A DNA stretch of 64,000 nt from positions 2,108,001 through 2,172,000 of the forward strand of contig JAYWIR010000036.1 of assembly GCA_036172245.1 (NCBI GenBank), read 5' to 3'. Both the position numbers and the translations under genes were made by a program. The DNA is from Raillietiella orientalis. Taxonomy: Eukaryota. A model generated the notes under the pieces. The model did no database searches. It saw nothing but the letters and a program-made list of their open reading frames with translations, and had not been told where the DNA came from. Within the stretch, counting starts at the first letter, position 1. Each line of letters starts with the position of its first letter. This document shows positions 38,202 to 49,772 of this stretch, piece after piece.

Positions 38202-41200
38202 TTATTCCGTTTTTTTTTCTTTTTTGTTCGTTTTCCTGTTCCCTTTCCTAATCCTCTTCCCGTTTCCAAGGTGAACCTCTCCGGCCTGCGTGCCGGCATC
38301 TTGGCAAGCTCCAGAGGGGCTGGTCACTACATCTTTGCGTTTCTCCTGGAAACGAACGCCCCGGTGCTGCCGGGTGATACCGCTCGCCTGCGCCTCTCGC
38401 TCGCTGATGCGCATCAGCTCTCCTAGTAGCGACAGCCGGAAGAGCGTGTGATGAAAAGGGGGGAGGGGGGGAACGTGGCCCGGGAAGAAATCGTCCGCGT
38501 TCCAAGGAACGCGGGCGAGCGGTGGGGAGGCACTTTGCGATGCACTGGAAGCAGCACCTCGCGCAGGCGCGAAGTCCACATGAGAAAGCAGGCGCGGGAA
38601 GCGCCGGCCACCTGTGCGTGAGGGCGGGAAACGGGCTCTTCCGTCAATTGCAATGCGGAGGCCTCCCCCCTGTGCTGGCGTACGCCAACTTGGGATCCGG
38701 ATCGAATGAGGCGTGGTGGAGGCTCCCGGCCGCAGGGGGAGCACGGGGATCCCCGGAAACGTGCTCGCAGCAAGTTGGCTTCCTGTTTTAGTCTCTGGGG
38801 GGAGGACAGGCACGCGAGGTTGGGCCTCTGGAAGTGTCTGGCAGTCAACTCCCTACTTCTCGGTCGAGGTCACGCTCGCGGAGTCCGGGGGCGGCAGTCG
38901 AGGAAGTCGCAGGCAACGTCTTCGCTCAGTACTGCCGGAAGGCTCGAGTCACGCCAACTGGGGGGGAATCTCCTCCCCGTGCGGGATCCAGAGGAGCGAG
39001 GGCGCGGTGGAGACGACGTCCCTGCTCCCGCCAAGGATCGGATTTTCCTGGGAACGGTATGAGCCCCGGTCGCTTAGGGGGCGGAGAGGGCGGGAAAAGA
39101 GGGGAGGGAAGAGGAAGCACTCACCACGGAGGAGAGGTGGCTCCGTCGGTCCCCATCGCTCCGGGACCAGAGGACGACCAGGTCACTGCCCGGGACTTCG
39201 GGTCTATCCCACGATCCTCCCTCCGCTCTCTGGAACGCCTCGGGAACCGGCGGGAATGCGACCTTCCTGCAGCGAGGGGAACGGCAGCCTGCCTTCTCCC
39301 GATTGCCGCTCCTGTGTCGGCGCCGCTCCCGCAGGTCCGAAGCTACTACGGGAGAAAGGATGCAGGCAGCTCAGCAGATGCGGGCAACCTTTCAGAGGGT
39401 GCAGTCACCAGCGGCTTCAGAGAAACGCCCCTCCCCTTCCCCGCGCGAGCGGAGGGCAGGATAAGCGGAAGCATTGAGGGACGGGAGCTGCAGGTCACCT
39501 TTCTGCTCCGCCAGCGTCTGCACCTCGGAGCGGATGTTCTCGATGCCTTCGCTCCACTCCCGTACCAGCAGCATCGCCCTCCTGTTCTCGTTCTTCAGCC
39601 GGAGCGCCTGCAAAGGCGGGTGGGGATGAAGAGGGCCCACTCGTGCGTCGCCTGGAATCGGCCGAGGCACGCGAGGAAGGAGGGAGTCTTATGGTTTCCC
39701 CCGGGACGCCATGTGCCGCCCGACAAGCCAGCTGGTCTCCGTGATGTGGCCGTCCGAGGTCGGACGGCCACATCGCGCGCGACGCCGGCGCTCCCCTCAT
39801 CGCAGCCTGGCGAAGGGAGGGCGGCACCCCTGGCTGCTCGGCGGCATCGAGCCTGCGCGGAAGTCGTGCGGCTGGCAGGCGCGCTCCGGAGAGCGCAGCC
39901 CCGAAGACCCCCGAAGTGGAGATGTGCGGCACCGCGGCTCGCGCCACTTTCCGGCGGCTTCCCGACCCACATGAAAAACAGACGGCCCACACGGCAGCAG
40001 CAGACGGAGTCGCTGCGCTGGCTTGGCCAGGGTGCCGCTCTGCCAGCCTACCGGTAGCACCATCTCGCGACGTTCCGCGCAATTCCCGCGACGGACTCGC
40101 AAACTTGCCCGGGCCCTGCGTCTGCCTCGGCGGGACATATACTGAAATCGGACCCCAGCGTGTGTTCTTCCTCACTATTATTTTTTGTTTTTTACAAAAC
40201 GCACGCAAAGCAGAGTGAGCTGCTGATGAAATATGAAGCGCAGCTTGAGGGGCAGACGAAAGACTCTTGAGTGCGCGCTTCCGCCGAGCGAAGCCCCGCA
40301 AGGGCCAGCGTGCTGACTGACCTGTTCTCGCAACTCTACCCTCGAGATCTCCAGTTGGTGATTCTCAGAAGAGAGGCGCTCGCGCTGCGCTGCGAGACCC
40401 GTGATGATGGTCCGAAGGCGAGCTTCCTTCCGCTCCCACTGGAAATAGAATGCCCGGGACCGAATGGTCCTGGAGACAGACGAGGGTGTCCCCGTCGTTC
40501 CCACCGGTGTCTCCTGCCGCGACGAAGTCCAGGGGACAGGCGGCGGGGACCATCCAGAGTGCGGCCCTCCCAGACCGTCCCCAGGAAGATCTGGCTGTGT
40601 CCCAGAGGAACTTATCCGACAAGGATGGCCGCGCCGGAAAGACGAAAGCTGGATGGAAGAGAAAGGGCCGCTGAGCCGTTGAACCGACGGCGGCAAGGAG
40701 GGGGCGATCGGGAAGAGGAAACCACGTGGAAGGACCCACCCGTGGAAAATCCGATGACACGGACAGCCGCGAGAGCAGCGGCAAGCGGGGGTGGCGGTTC
40801 TCTTCTTCCTCCTTCGCAGAGGATCCAGGACCTCAAGATCTCCTCTTCCTGCCGGTCGCCTCCCGAGGCAGAGCGAGGCGTGGCTTCGTGCTCCCCCCCC
40901 CTCCCTTCCCCATCTCACCGTCCGTCGCTGCCAACGCCGTCGTTCTGGCCCCACTGCTGTTGTCTCGCCCTTCCTTCGCGGCTGCAGGCGCTACCGTGGC
41001 CACGAGCCAGGGCACCGCCATCATCAAGTGAGTCCATCACTGACATCATCCCAAATTAAGGGCGAGTGGGAGTAGCCGGTTGCGTAGCCGTGCGCCCCCG
41101 CCGCCGTCCGTTGTTTTCGCGTCCGTCGACGTCGTCCGAACTGCCGTGGTCATCGCCTTCGAGGCAGTAAGAGCTCGCAGGATGGAAGAGCGGCGGTCTC

Positions 41201-42039
41201 CGCGAGAGGAGCCATGCGTGTTTTTCACACACACACAGACGCACGCCCCGCCCGGACCACACACCACCGCCTTCTTCGCCCCCCCCCCCCTCACCTCCTC
41301 CTTCACACGGGCGAGGGTGACAAACGAGAAGAGTAGGGCTAGTGCGGACACCAAGGGCGCCTTCACGCTGACCAACAGCGCCACCACGAACGCCGCTGCC
41401 AGGAGGCGGACATTCCTGCACGAGATCGCCGCCGCCTCAGCTCCGTCCCCGTGGAAACGTCTCCTCCGATCCGGCGGCTCCATCTCCGGGGTCCACGGCG
41501 ACGCCGGTGCTTCCCCGCACCCGTGCCGACCGAGCATGTCCCCTTTTCCTGCTCCTCCTCCCAGGACGATGGAAACTGCTGATCCCTGGGGGACGTCGCG
41601 GCCCGGCCAGGAGGCGATGAGACTCCAACAATCCCCCCCGTTCCCATGGTATCGCCGCCGCGAGAGGAAAAAAAGAAAAAAACTTGGCGGATCCGGGTGC
41701 CGAGAGCAAAGGAACGGCTTGCCACTAGCACCGCCTCTGCCCGTGCCTCTTCCCTAAGTGGGGCGCCGCCACACTGCTCCCTGGAAAACGAACTGGCAGA
41801 AGGGAGGAGGAGCTGCGTTGGTCGCGGCCTCCCGCCAAGCCCGGTCGCTCTGGAAAGCCCCGAGTCCGTTGCTTCCGACCGTTTCCGGCACTTCCCGGAC
41901 GTGTGACGCCAGGCGCTTCCGTCTGCTCGCCCCCCCCCCCCCCCCCCCCACGCCCGGGCAGCGCACAGGATCACAAGTGGGCGCGCATGCAGGCTATTTT
42001 TAGCGCTCCCTCGCGCACTTCCGTCGCCTCCGTAGCCAT
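38202..42039 (-). CDS. Orphan membrane-anchored coiled-coil protein; exons 42039-41975, 41415-41295, 40438-40322, 39607-39499, 38422-38202 (3' end uncertain)
   Basis: AAACCATGG start context and four GT-AG introns with matching phases (2,0,0,1). Translation: MATEATEVREGALKIACMRAHL|NVRLLAAAFVVALLVSVKAPLVSALALLFSFVTLARVKEE|WERKEARLRTIITGLAAQRERLSSENHQLEISRVELREQ|ALRLKNENRRAMLLVREWSEGIENIRSEVQTLAEQKG|ELMRISEREAQ... Confidence 0.65.
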
Positions 42040-43690
42040 GGTTTCGCGCCCGAGCTCCCCGGTATGCTGGAAGGCCTTGCTCGGGGAAAAAGAGCGCTTC
42101 GGTGCCGATTTCCAAGCTTCAGACGGGAGGGTTGACGGTGCGCCCTTTGCGTGGAGACACACGCGCACACACACAACTGCCGATAACGAACATGCCCCCC
42201 GGCCTCTTCCCTCTCCAAAATCGAGTGACACTGAATGGAGCGCGCCTCCTTTTCTCGCATCCCACTCGAGCTGCGCCACCCGATCGCCGCTCCCAAGTTG
42301 CGTCCGCCGCCGCCGGCTGCATTTGGCAGCACCGTTTGGTCTTCCCGACGTTACGAGGGGGAACCGCTGGCAGCTCCCTCGAGAGGATCGCGCGCGGCGG
42401 ATGCTTTGATGGGATGGGGAGAGCTCTTCCCGATCCTTCTCGCTTTCCTTTCTCCCAAATTTCGTCAATGAATCTCTCGGCCTCGCCCTCCGCTGATCCT
42501 AGCGGAAAGGAAGCAGCGCTCGCCTTCCTCGAACGAACCCGTGGGATTCCCCACCCCCACCCCTCCTGTCCCCCGGTGCTGAGAGCACTCCGTGAGCCGT
42601 GATCCCATTGGCAGTAACGGGAATTTCGCACCCCGGGAAAGAAGGGGTTTCTGAATTCATATTCAAGGCCTTCTTTTTTGTTTTTTCTTTTCACCATGCG
42701 TCGGCATGCCACGAAGCTCAGCCACACGTCACGTGCCGCCGTGGGGAGACGAAGACTTACCATCGTGGGGGCTTTCGCTGCTCCAGAGCTGAAACGCAAC
42801 CAAGGCAGCCAGCTGTAATCGAAGATGCCGAGTAATTCTGCCGAGCAATATTTCTTTCTTGCTTGCTTGCTACGGGAACAGTGGAAACCGTTCGAAAAGA
42901 TAATTCGGGCAGCTCATCAATCTAATGAAAGGTGCAGGAAATGAACTCCAGCTGTCTGGCAGCCTCCCATCGGTTCGCATCCATCAGATATCGCTCTGTC
43001 ACCACGGGCAAATCCCTCAAGGATGAAGTGCACTGAAGAGACGGACGTAATGCACAAACTGCGCCTTTTGCTGCCTGTCGCTACGCCACCAAACGTCAAC
43101 AGAATTCGTGAACCCTACGAGCAAAAGAATACATCCACACGCCGTATGTATCGAGCAGTCATCAAGCTGTTCTTCATGGTCCTTGAGGAATCCGTGCTGA
43201 AGCCGCAGTTAGGGGTCTCTCAGCTCCCAAGTTGCAAATTCGAATTGATTTATGCTTTGCTGCCAACCAAAACGCAAACCGCTCCTTCCATAGCTGCACG
43301 AGCATGGCGTCGGCTCCAGCAGCCGAGCAGCATCCAGGTTCCGTGGTCACATAGTTCTGCGGTGTCAGATAATCACACAAATGCAGCACCCGTATTCTCT
43401 CCTTGTTCTGAAATCGTTTCTTCGCTGAGCATCAGCTGCTTACTTCCTGAAGTCAACAGGATTTTGTGCAGTTGCTAAAACTCGAATCTGTAAAAGGAGG
43501 GGTATCGTGGGAACATCTTCATACTCTGCAACGCTTGTAAAAGGAGCCCAAAAGAAAAGCTTAGGCTATAAAACACCTTGAAAGGGAAATCATGGAACAC
43601 ATAACTCTCCGTAATAGCTTTGATGTAACTAGAAAGCAATGCACTAAATTAAAATACTTCAAGTTAAGCCACCAGGATTATGGATTTCAC

Positions 43691-45309
43691 AACAGCTTAA
43701 AGGTCCAGTAGAAGCGTCCCGCGGGGGAACATCAGCCCAGTGGATGAAGTGTGGTCGGACTGCCTTCAGAAGGCTATACGAGTTCTTTAAGCCCGTTCCA
43801 CCTTGGCAGGTTCCTCCTGCCGGAGCGAGGCATCGTATGGAACACCTTCGCTGCTCCCTCCTCCGCCCCCTGCTTTTTGTTTGCCCGCCCCCCTACTCGG
43901 CCAAGCTCCAGGCGCACAGCCTGTTGAGGAACGCTCTGTGGGGTCCTGCGAGGTCCAGGATACGCCTGAAAGACTTGGCGGCTCCGCGTAGGGATGCTGG
44001 TTTAGGCATCCTGACGCTGGAGAGAATCGAGCTGCAGGTGCAGCTTCGAATGTTGGCCCTGTGTGCCAACCATTGGTCCACTCCGTGGTGTGCTCTCCGC
44101 GCTGCTCCTGCAGCGCTGCACCGGCAGCGATGGACTTCTGTCGCTCTACGGAGCGCGCCACGAGAAGCTTCGGTTTCCCTTTGAAACTTCTCTACCGGCT
44201 CCTGGCAGCCCACGACTGGATCTCCTGCCGCCCAACGAACTTTGACGCCTGGCGGCAGGAATCGTTGCATGCCTGGGCAAAGCACGAGGATGTTTCGCTC
44301 TTGGAACTCTGTGGCGCCAACCTCTCCCCGTACTGCACGGTGGATGAGGTCTGCAGCAGCCAGGAGAAGTGGACTCGCCTGGCCCTCACCCCCCTCGCCG
44401 ACGCGCTGTCAGCCCTCAGGGCAAGAGATGACAGCTGCGAACCGGCGAGATGGGAGGTCGCCTGCACCATTGCAGGAACAACACGACCTATTGGCGGCTG
44501 GAGGACTTGCGAGCTGGCAGACGCCGCCACGCCTCGCATCATCCCGAAGGGACTCCTTCGGCGGAGTGAACATTTGAGTGTGCCCCTCGAAGAACTTGTG
44601 GTCCCTCCCTCCTGTTTGAACACTTCTGTGTTCCCCCTTTCGTGGAAGCAGGACGTCATCATGCTGGTGCATTGGGGTTTTCACTCCAACCAGCGCACGA
44701 ACCTTGTTTCCGGGGGAGTTGTCTCCCCAAACTGTAAGCGGTGCGGGGAAGTGGAAACGCTCCCGCACCTGCTCTTGGACTGCGGTGCCCTCCTAGGACT
44801 GTGGCGGAGGCTGGCCTCAGCTCTCCTGCACCAGGGAGACACCACAAGAGACTTGATGCTCCGCTTCTTCACGCCAGGCGGCCTGTCCTTAGGCGCTGTC
44901 ATCGCAACGGTCTGTTGCACCCGCGCCATCGACATGGCCCACCGCCAACCTCTCGAAAAATCACCCCGCGGGCGATTTTTCGAGAGGTCACCGGTTTAGC
45001 CGACGAACCATGACGACGGCTGCCAGGTGGCCTCATCTTCCAGAAGTGGGAAAGGAGATTTCCGGCATCCAGAGCCGGTTCTGGAAAGGTCGAAGCCAAA
45101 GACCAGTCCCCGAACCCATATCTTTATTTATATATATATATTTTTTATATATTTATTAGTGGTCCCTCCCGTTCCGGACTTTCGGCCTTACCGACCTGAG
45201 TGTCGGGGTGCCCTCCTTCCGATCTTCTGTACCCTTTGTCTGGGAACAAAGTTCCCAGATAGTTTAGAAATAAACGCCCCGGCGCACCCGGGTGAAAAAC
45301 AGCTTAAAG
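43691..45309 (+). mobile_element. 5'-truncated, frameshifted non-LTR retrotransposon (L1/Tx1-type ORF2 C-terminal part) with 12-bp TSD AACAGCTTAAAG
   Basis: RT-thumb-like LLRNALWG...RLKDLAAPRRDAGLGI and CCHC finger CKRCGEVETLPHLLLDC. The 3' UTR has an AT-rich tract, stem-loops, AATAAA and a short A run. The identical 12-mer flanks it at 43691-43702 and 45298-45309. Confidence 0.85.
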
Positions 45310-48300
45310 AGTACAAACCGGTAAATGAAGATATACCTTGAATAAGTGGACTTTATAAGAATACTCTTTTGCATTCTTATGAATGCATCCAATCAGACGA
45401 GGGATTCATGAGTTACTATTCCTGCCATATCATTCAATATGAATGCCAGTCAAACTGAGGAAAGCATCCGTTTGATCTTTCAAATGACTAACATGCTCTG
45501 TTGATAGAAGAGGCACTTTTATAGGTAATTTGGAAAGAATATGTAAAACAACGAAAGTCTTTCGGGGGGGGGGGGGTTGAATGATCTCAAAACTGCTTGA
45601 AAGGGTAGTTTTTGCGAAATTCGTGGCACGCATTGAAATTGAAAGCACAACACTTTGAATTTTCATCAACTGCCTTTTCTATATGCTTCGATTAAAACTC
45701 AGTTATTAGATGCATACTATGATACTGATACTAAACTTGCTTAAGTGGACTCGAAGACTTCGGAATAGACTCAGGTCCTATTCATGTAATTCATGCACTT
45801 TTCAGGAATTTCGCGAAGGAAAGAGTTCATAGAGATTATAAATCCAAAAATTTTGGAGCTTATTTTCTCTGAATGAGTATTCCAGTCTCTAAGCTGCATC
45901 ATATCCAAATGCAGGGGAGCATCACGTGGCAATAGCGGTTAAGTTTAGCAGCAGTCAAAGCAATTAACTTTATACTCTTTTACATTGAATCTTCCACAAT
46001 GAAAAGAAATCATTCCGAATTGCGGAAATTTTTGGCGTGATGCTTTTTTTTTTTTTTAAAAAAAAAAAAGGCAAATAAAGGCATACATGCTTTCAGTTTT
46101 TGTACGTGTTCCCCAAAGAATTAGATGAGAGATGTAAAAACTGAAATGATTTTCATAAAAACACCTACGATTAAACAATACTCAGGTAACATTCCACAGT
46201 GAAAATAAAGGAATTATGCACTTCGTCTGTACAAATTTCTTGCTCTTGCATCGATGCTGGCAAGTCTCATTATTCAGATCCACGATGAACATCACAGCAT
46301 TTTTGAAACTTCTGCTGTGACTAATGCCAACGCTCATGTGACTTTCTTTTATGAAATTTGCTATTCCTTTGTTTGTTTTACAGGATTAACCTTGTTCGGG
46401 TGAATGACTTGTTAATATTCATCCATCTGTAACCTGCCCTTGTATTATTTGTTTGCATATTATCCAAGTAGCAAACAGTATTTGGCGTACTGTATCCATC
46501 ATGACAAACAGCTGTATCAGTAAGTTTTTCTAGTACCATGGAATACTCTCAAATTTTCCAGATTTTCTTTTTTAATCTCAAGAACCCTGTAAAAAATGTC
46601 GCGTGGTTTCAAGTATATCTCGAAGACGGCTCCGAGAAGTTTTTCTCAACATCTTTAGGCAACTATTTAAATGAACTTTGTGTCCAACATGTTCAACATG
46701 TGCATTATAAATTTCTTTCCCAAGCAGAATTTTCGGATTGCACGAGCACATTTTTCATTTTTCGGGCCTCTCGACGCTAATGACACTTAACTTTTCGTTT
46801 CCCGAAATGCCTGTTGATGAGTACTTCAGCTAATGTGATGAAGTTTCATCGTATCCCCACGAGGTCACCCTCAGTTATAAAGATGCCACCATAGAGTTGA
46901 GAGTGTCTTTTCATCCACACTTTAAAGTTTATACTGCTTTGCATCCTGATCACGCAATGGTTCCAAGAATCCATCACTAAGAGTGCAGTTGTGGCAACCT
47001 TGCGAGTATCGCAGAAGGAAGGCAGCCCGCTGCGTAGAGCTCGGCAGGAAACAAAATGGCGCGTGCTGTAGAAGACTTGAGAGGGAGAGTGTAGGCAACG
47101 TGACAAAGAAAGTAAAAGCAAGAAACGTTTCGCCGGGAAACGACGAGTAAAGCTAAACATTGAACAGAGGCCAGTCGTCTTTTGTAGAAACCGTGGGGCA
47201 TGTGAGATACGTTCGTAAGTTTGTCGTGTATTTGTATCGGAAACGCATCCTTCATTGAAATGAAATGCAGGGTGGTGGTGATGGTAGTGGCGCAGGATTT
47301 ATGTTCCTCTTGGGTTAGTAAATAGCATAGCGAGTAAGCGGAAATCGATTCCAGCACGAAAGCAAAAACATAACTTAAGCACATAACTTTATGTGCTTCT
47401 TCAGTGAAGTGTTTTGTAGTGGTACAGATTCTAAATTGTGATTGACCAGGGTTGTGGTTTTCATTACTCGTTTTGTAGTACTGTTGGTCCGTTAGCTTAA
47501 GTATGCGAGGCTAGGTGGTGTCCACGTGATGTCTAAAAATGACGGAATGAAAATCGAAACAAATTAAGATGATGACAGTTGTTAGGTATCAGCAGATCCT
47601 TAAGTGAGTCCCACAGGAGAGGGACGTGCAACTTCGCAAGCATTTGTGTTTTCATTCATCAGTTTATTCTACGTGGTGGAATACCCATGCATACTTGTAT
47701 TGAAAACCTAATGTAACTGATGGGTATGAATCAGCATCATTTGCACTCATTTGAATAAAAAGTAAAACAAGAGAAACTCTCCAACTTTTAGAGCTGATAA
47801 AAGGTTTTTAGTGTTTAGCCTTTTTCAATTTTTCCAGTTTCAACACCAATCTGGAGATTATTATATTTATTGTAGCTGCTGTTTGGGAACATCAACTAGT
47901 AAAATACTCTCAGCTCACATGAGCAGTCTTCTCTCTTAGCCAGAAGATCAAGAAACAGAATCATATCCATTCTTAGGTGGGAAACTGCTTTGCAGGAACA
48001 CCGCCCCCAGCACTTAAGCAATTTAAAATAAGCAGCCACCATGCTAAAATAATTATCACTGAAGAATGTCATTAATTAAATGTGTTATGCAGGTAGTGCT
48101 CATATTAAAGAATTCAAGCATTTACATCAAAACTCAAGTAGTACTGCACACCATTTAATAAGCTGCATACAAAAAGAATCAATCTTTTTTTTTTCCCATG
48201 ATTGGTAAACAATCTAAATCACACTGAAGGTACTCAAATGCACTTATGTAATCCTAAGGGAGTACCTAAGGACCATTATCCAATACATTAACCTGAAATA

Positions 48301-48616
48301 AGAGGTACTTTACACATTGTAATGATATGATTTATTGACCTAGTTTTTGGCAAGGATTTTACTTTTAAAGCACAAAAAGAAATCAGTTTTGCAATCTGCA
48401 ATTCAAAAAACAATTTGGAGTGAAGTATGCTGAGCATCATTGCATGTTAGTCATTGTACACTGATAGCAACATCATCATACTGATCTTTGATGCAAAGAC
48501 CTGAATGAAATACCATAAAACATTAACATTCATTCATAAGTATATATTTTGGAGAGTACACACACATGGTTTGCATGCTGTCATGGGAAAACAGCATCCA
48601 ATCGACACAAATACTT

Positions 48617-49772
48617 TTAATCATCCTTTTCATCATCATCAAGTTCGCTAAATGATAATAAAAATGAATTTCTGATCTTTCTGGATGTTGATTCCTTTTT
48701 TGAAGTTGGTTTTGCTGTCTTGCTGGATGAGCTTTTGGCTGTGGTTTCATTTGCTTTTGCAGATAAGTCTGGTTTTTTAAACAAAATTCTCTTGGTCAGG
48801 AGATCCTCTTAAACACTAATTAAGCACCTTTACACTAAAGTTTTTTTGTTATTTTTACCTTTTTCTTGCTCTTCATCCTTCTGTTTCCAATAATGTTCTG
48901 CTTCTTCTTGTGATATATCTCCAGGTTCTAGTTGGATCACCACTGGCAACTCATCTGTTTTAGCATGATCATCTAACTTTCCTTCTGGAAGAACTTCTTT
49001 CTTTGATGATGTGTTAATGAAATTAAACTCTCATGAATTATAATGTCGCAAAACACTTAAATGTTTACAATTTGTGTTACATGCAAAGAGACGGTGTTTG
49101 GTAAAGTATAGTTTGCAAACTATATCACATCAAACTATGAATTACACTGATTTCACCTTTTCCATGCAAGTGCACTCTCGGACTACGCTTTAGCAATACG
49201 AATGGGACTTGGGAATCCCCTGAAACAACACTCCATCCTCTACGGTCGGTTTACAACAAGAAAACAAATCGTGTGTACTATTGTGAAAAACTTTCTTTCC
49301 AGGGTATTTCAACAAGCTGGGGGAGGGGAGGTGCTCCGAAACGATGCAAGATGGGATGATGGGTGGTGAGCCCCAGCATCCCACGACTTGCCGGCCTGCA
49401 ACTTTTTCTCGGCACAGATGAAAAAAATCCTTTCAACTTGGGACGAGGGAAATGCTCCCTCCCGAATCCCGCACGTGCTATACAAACGACCGTTTCGGGA
49501 AAAATTGCTCGCATTAAAGCTCGCAAGTGACAATTTGAAAAAAGGAGCACTCCCTCGGTCATGCGACAAAAAATGCCGTCGCTCGGGTGAAAACAGTGGA
49601 ACTTTGTGATCACTCGGCCCGCGCGCGCGTACCCCCCCCCCCCCCCCCCCTCAATGCAACATACTTTGGTCTGCACGTCGGGTCCAGCAACGTAGCCGAC
49701 GCGTTGCTTGATTTTTTTCAGAAAAGTTGCTTCCGGAGGCTTCACGCACGTTATGTTCCGCTTACGATTCAT
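48617..49772 (-). CDS. KIAA1143: KIAA1143/DUF4604 family protein; exons 49772-49665, 49000-48859, 48807-48617; 146 aa
   Basis: MNRKRNITCVKPPEATFLKKIKQRVGYVAGPDVQTK|KEVLP...DELPVVIQLEPGDISQEEA...|...RILFKKP...KIRNSFLLSFSELDDDEKDD* matches recalled KIAA1143 motifs (P.EP.FL..FK..VGY..GP.V.TK; P.VV.L..GDL..EE; I.F+KP; N..LLSF). Confidence 0.88.

Noticed and set aside
47681..47727. SECIS-like stem ATACCCAT...ATGGGTAT
   Set aside because: No ATGA core or correctly spaced AA loop, and no upstream selenoprotein frame.
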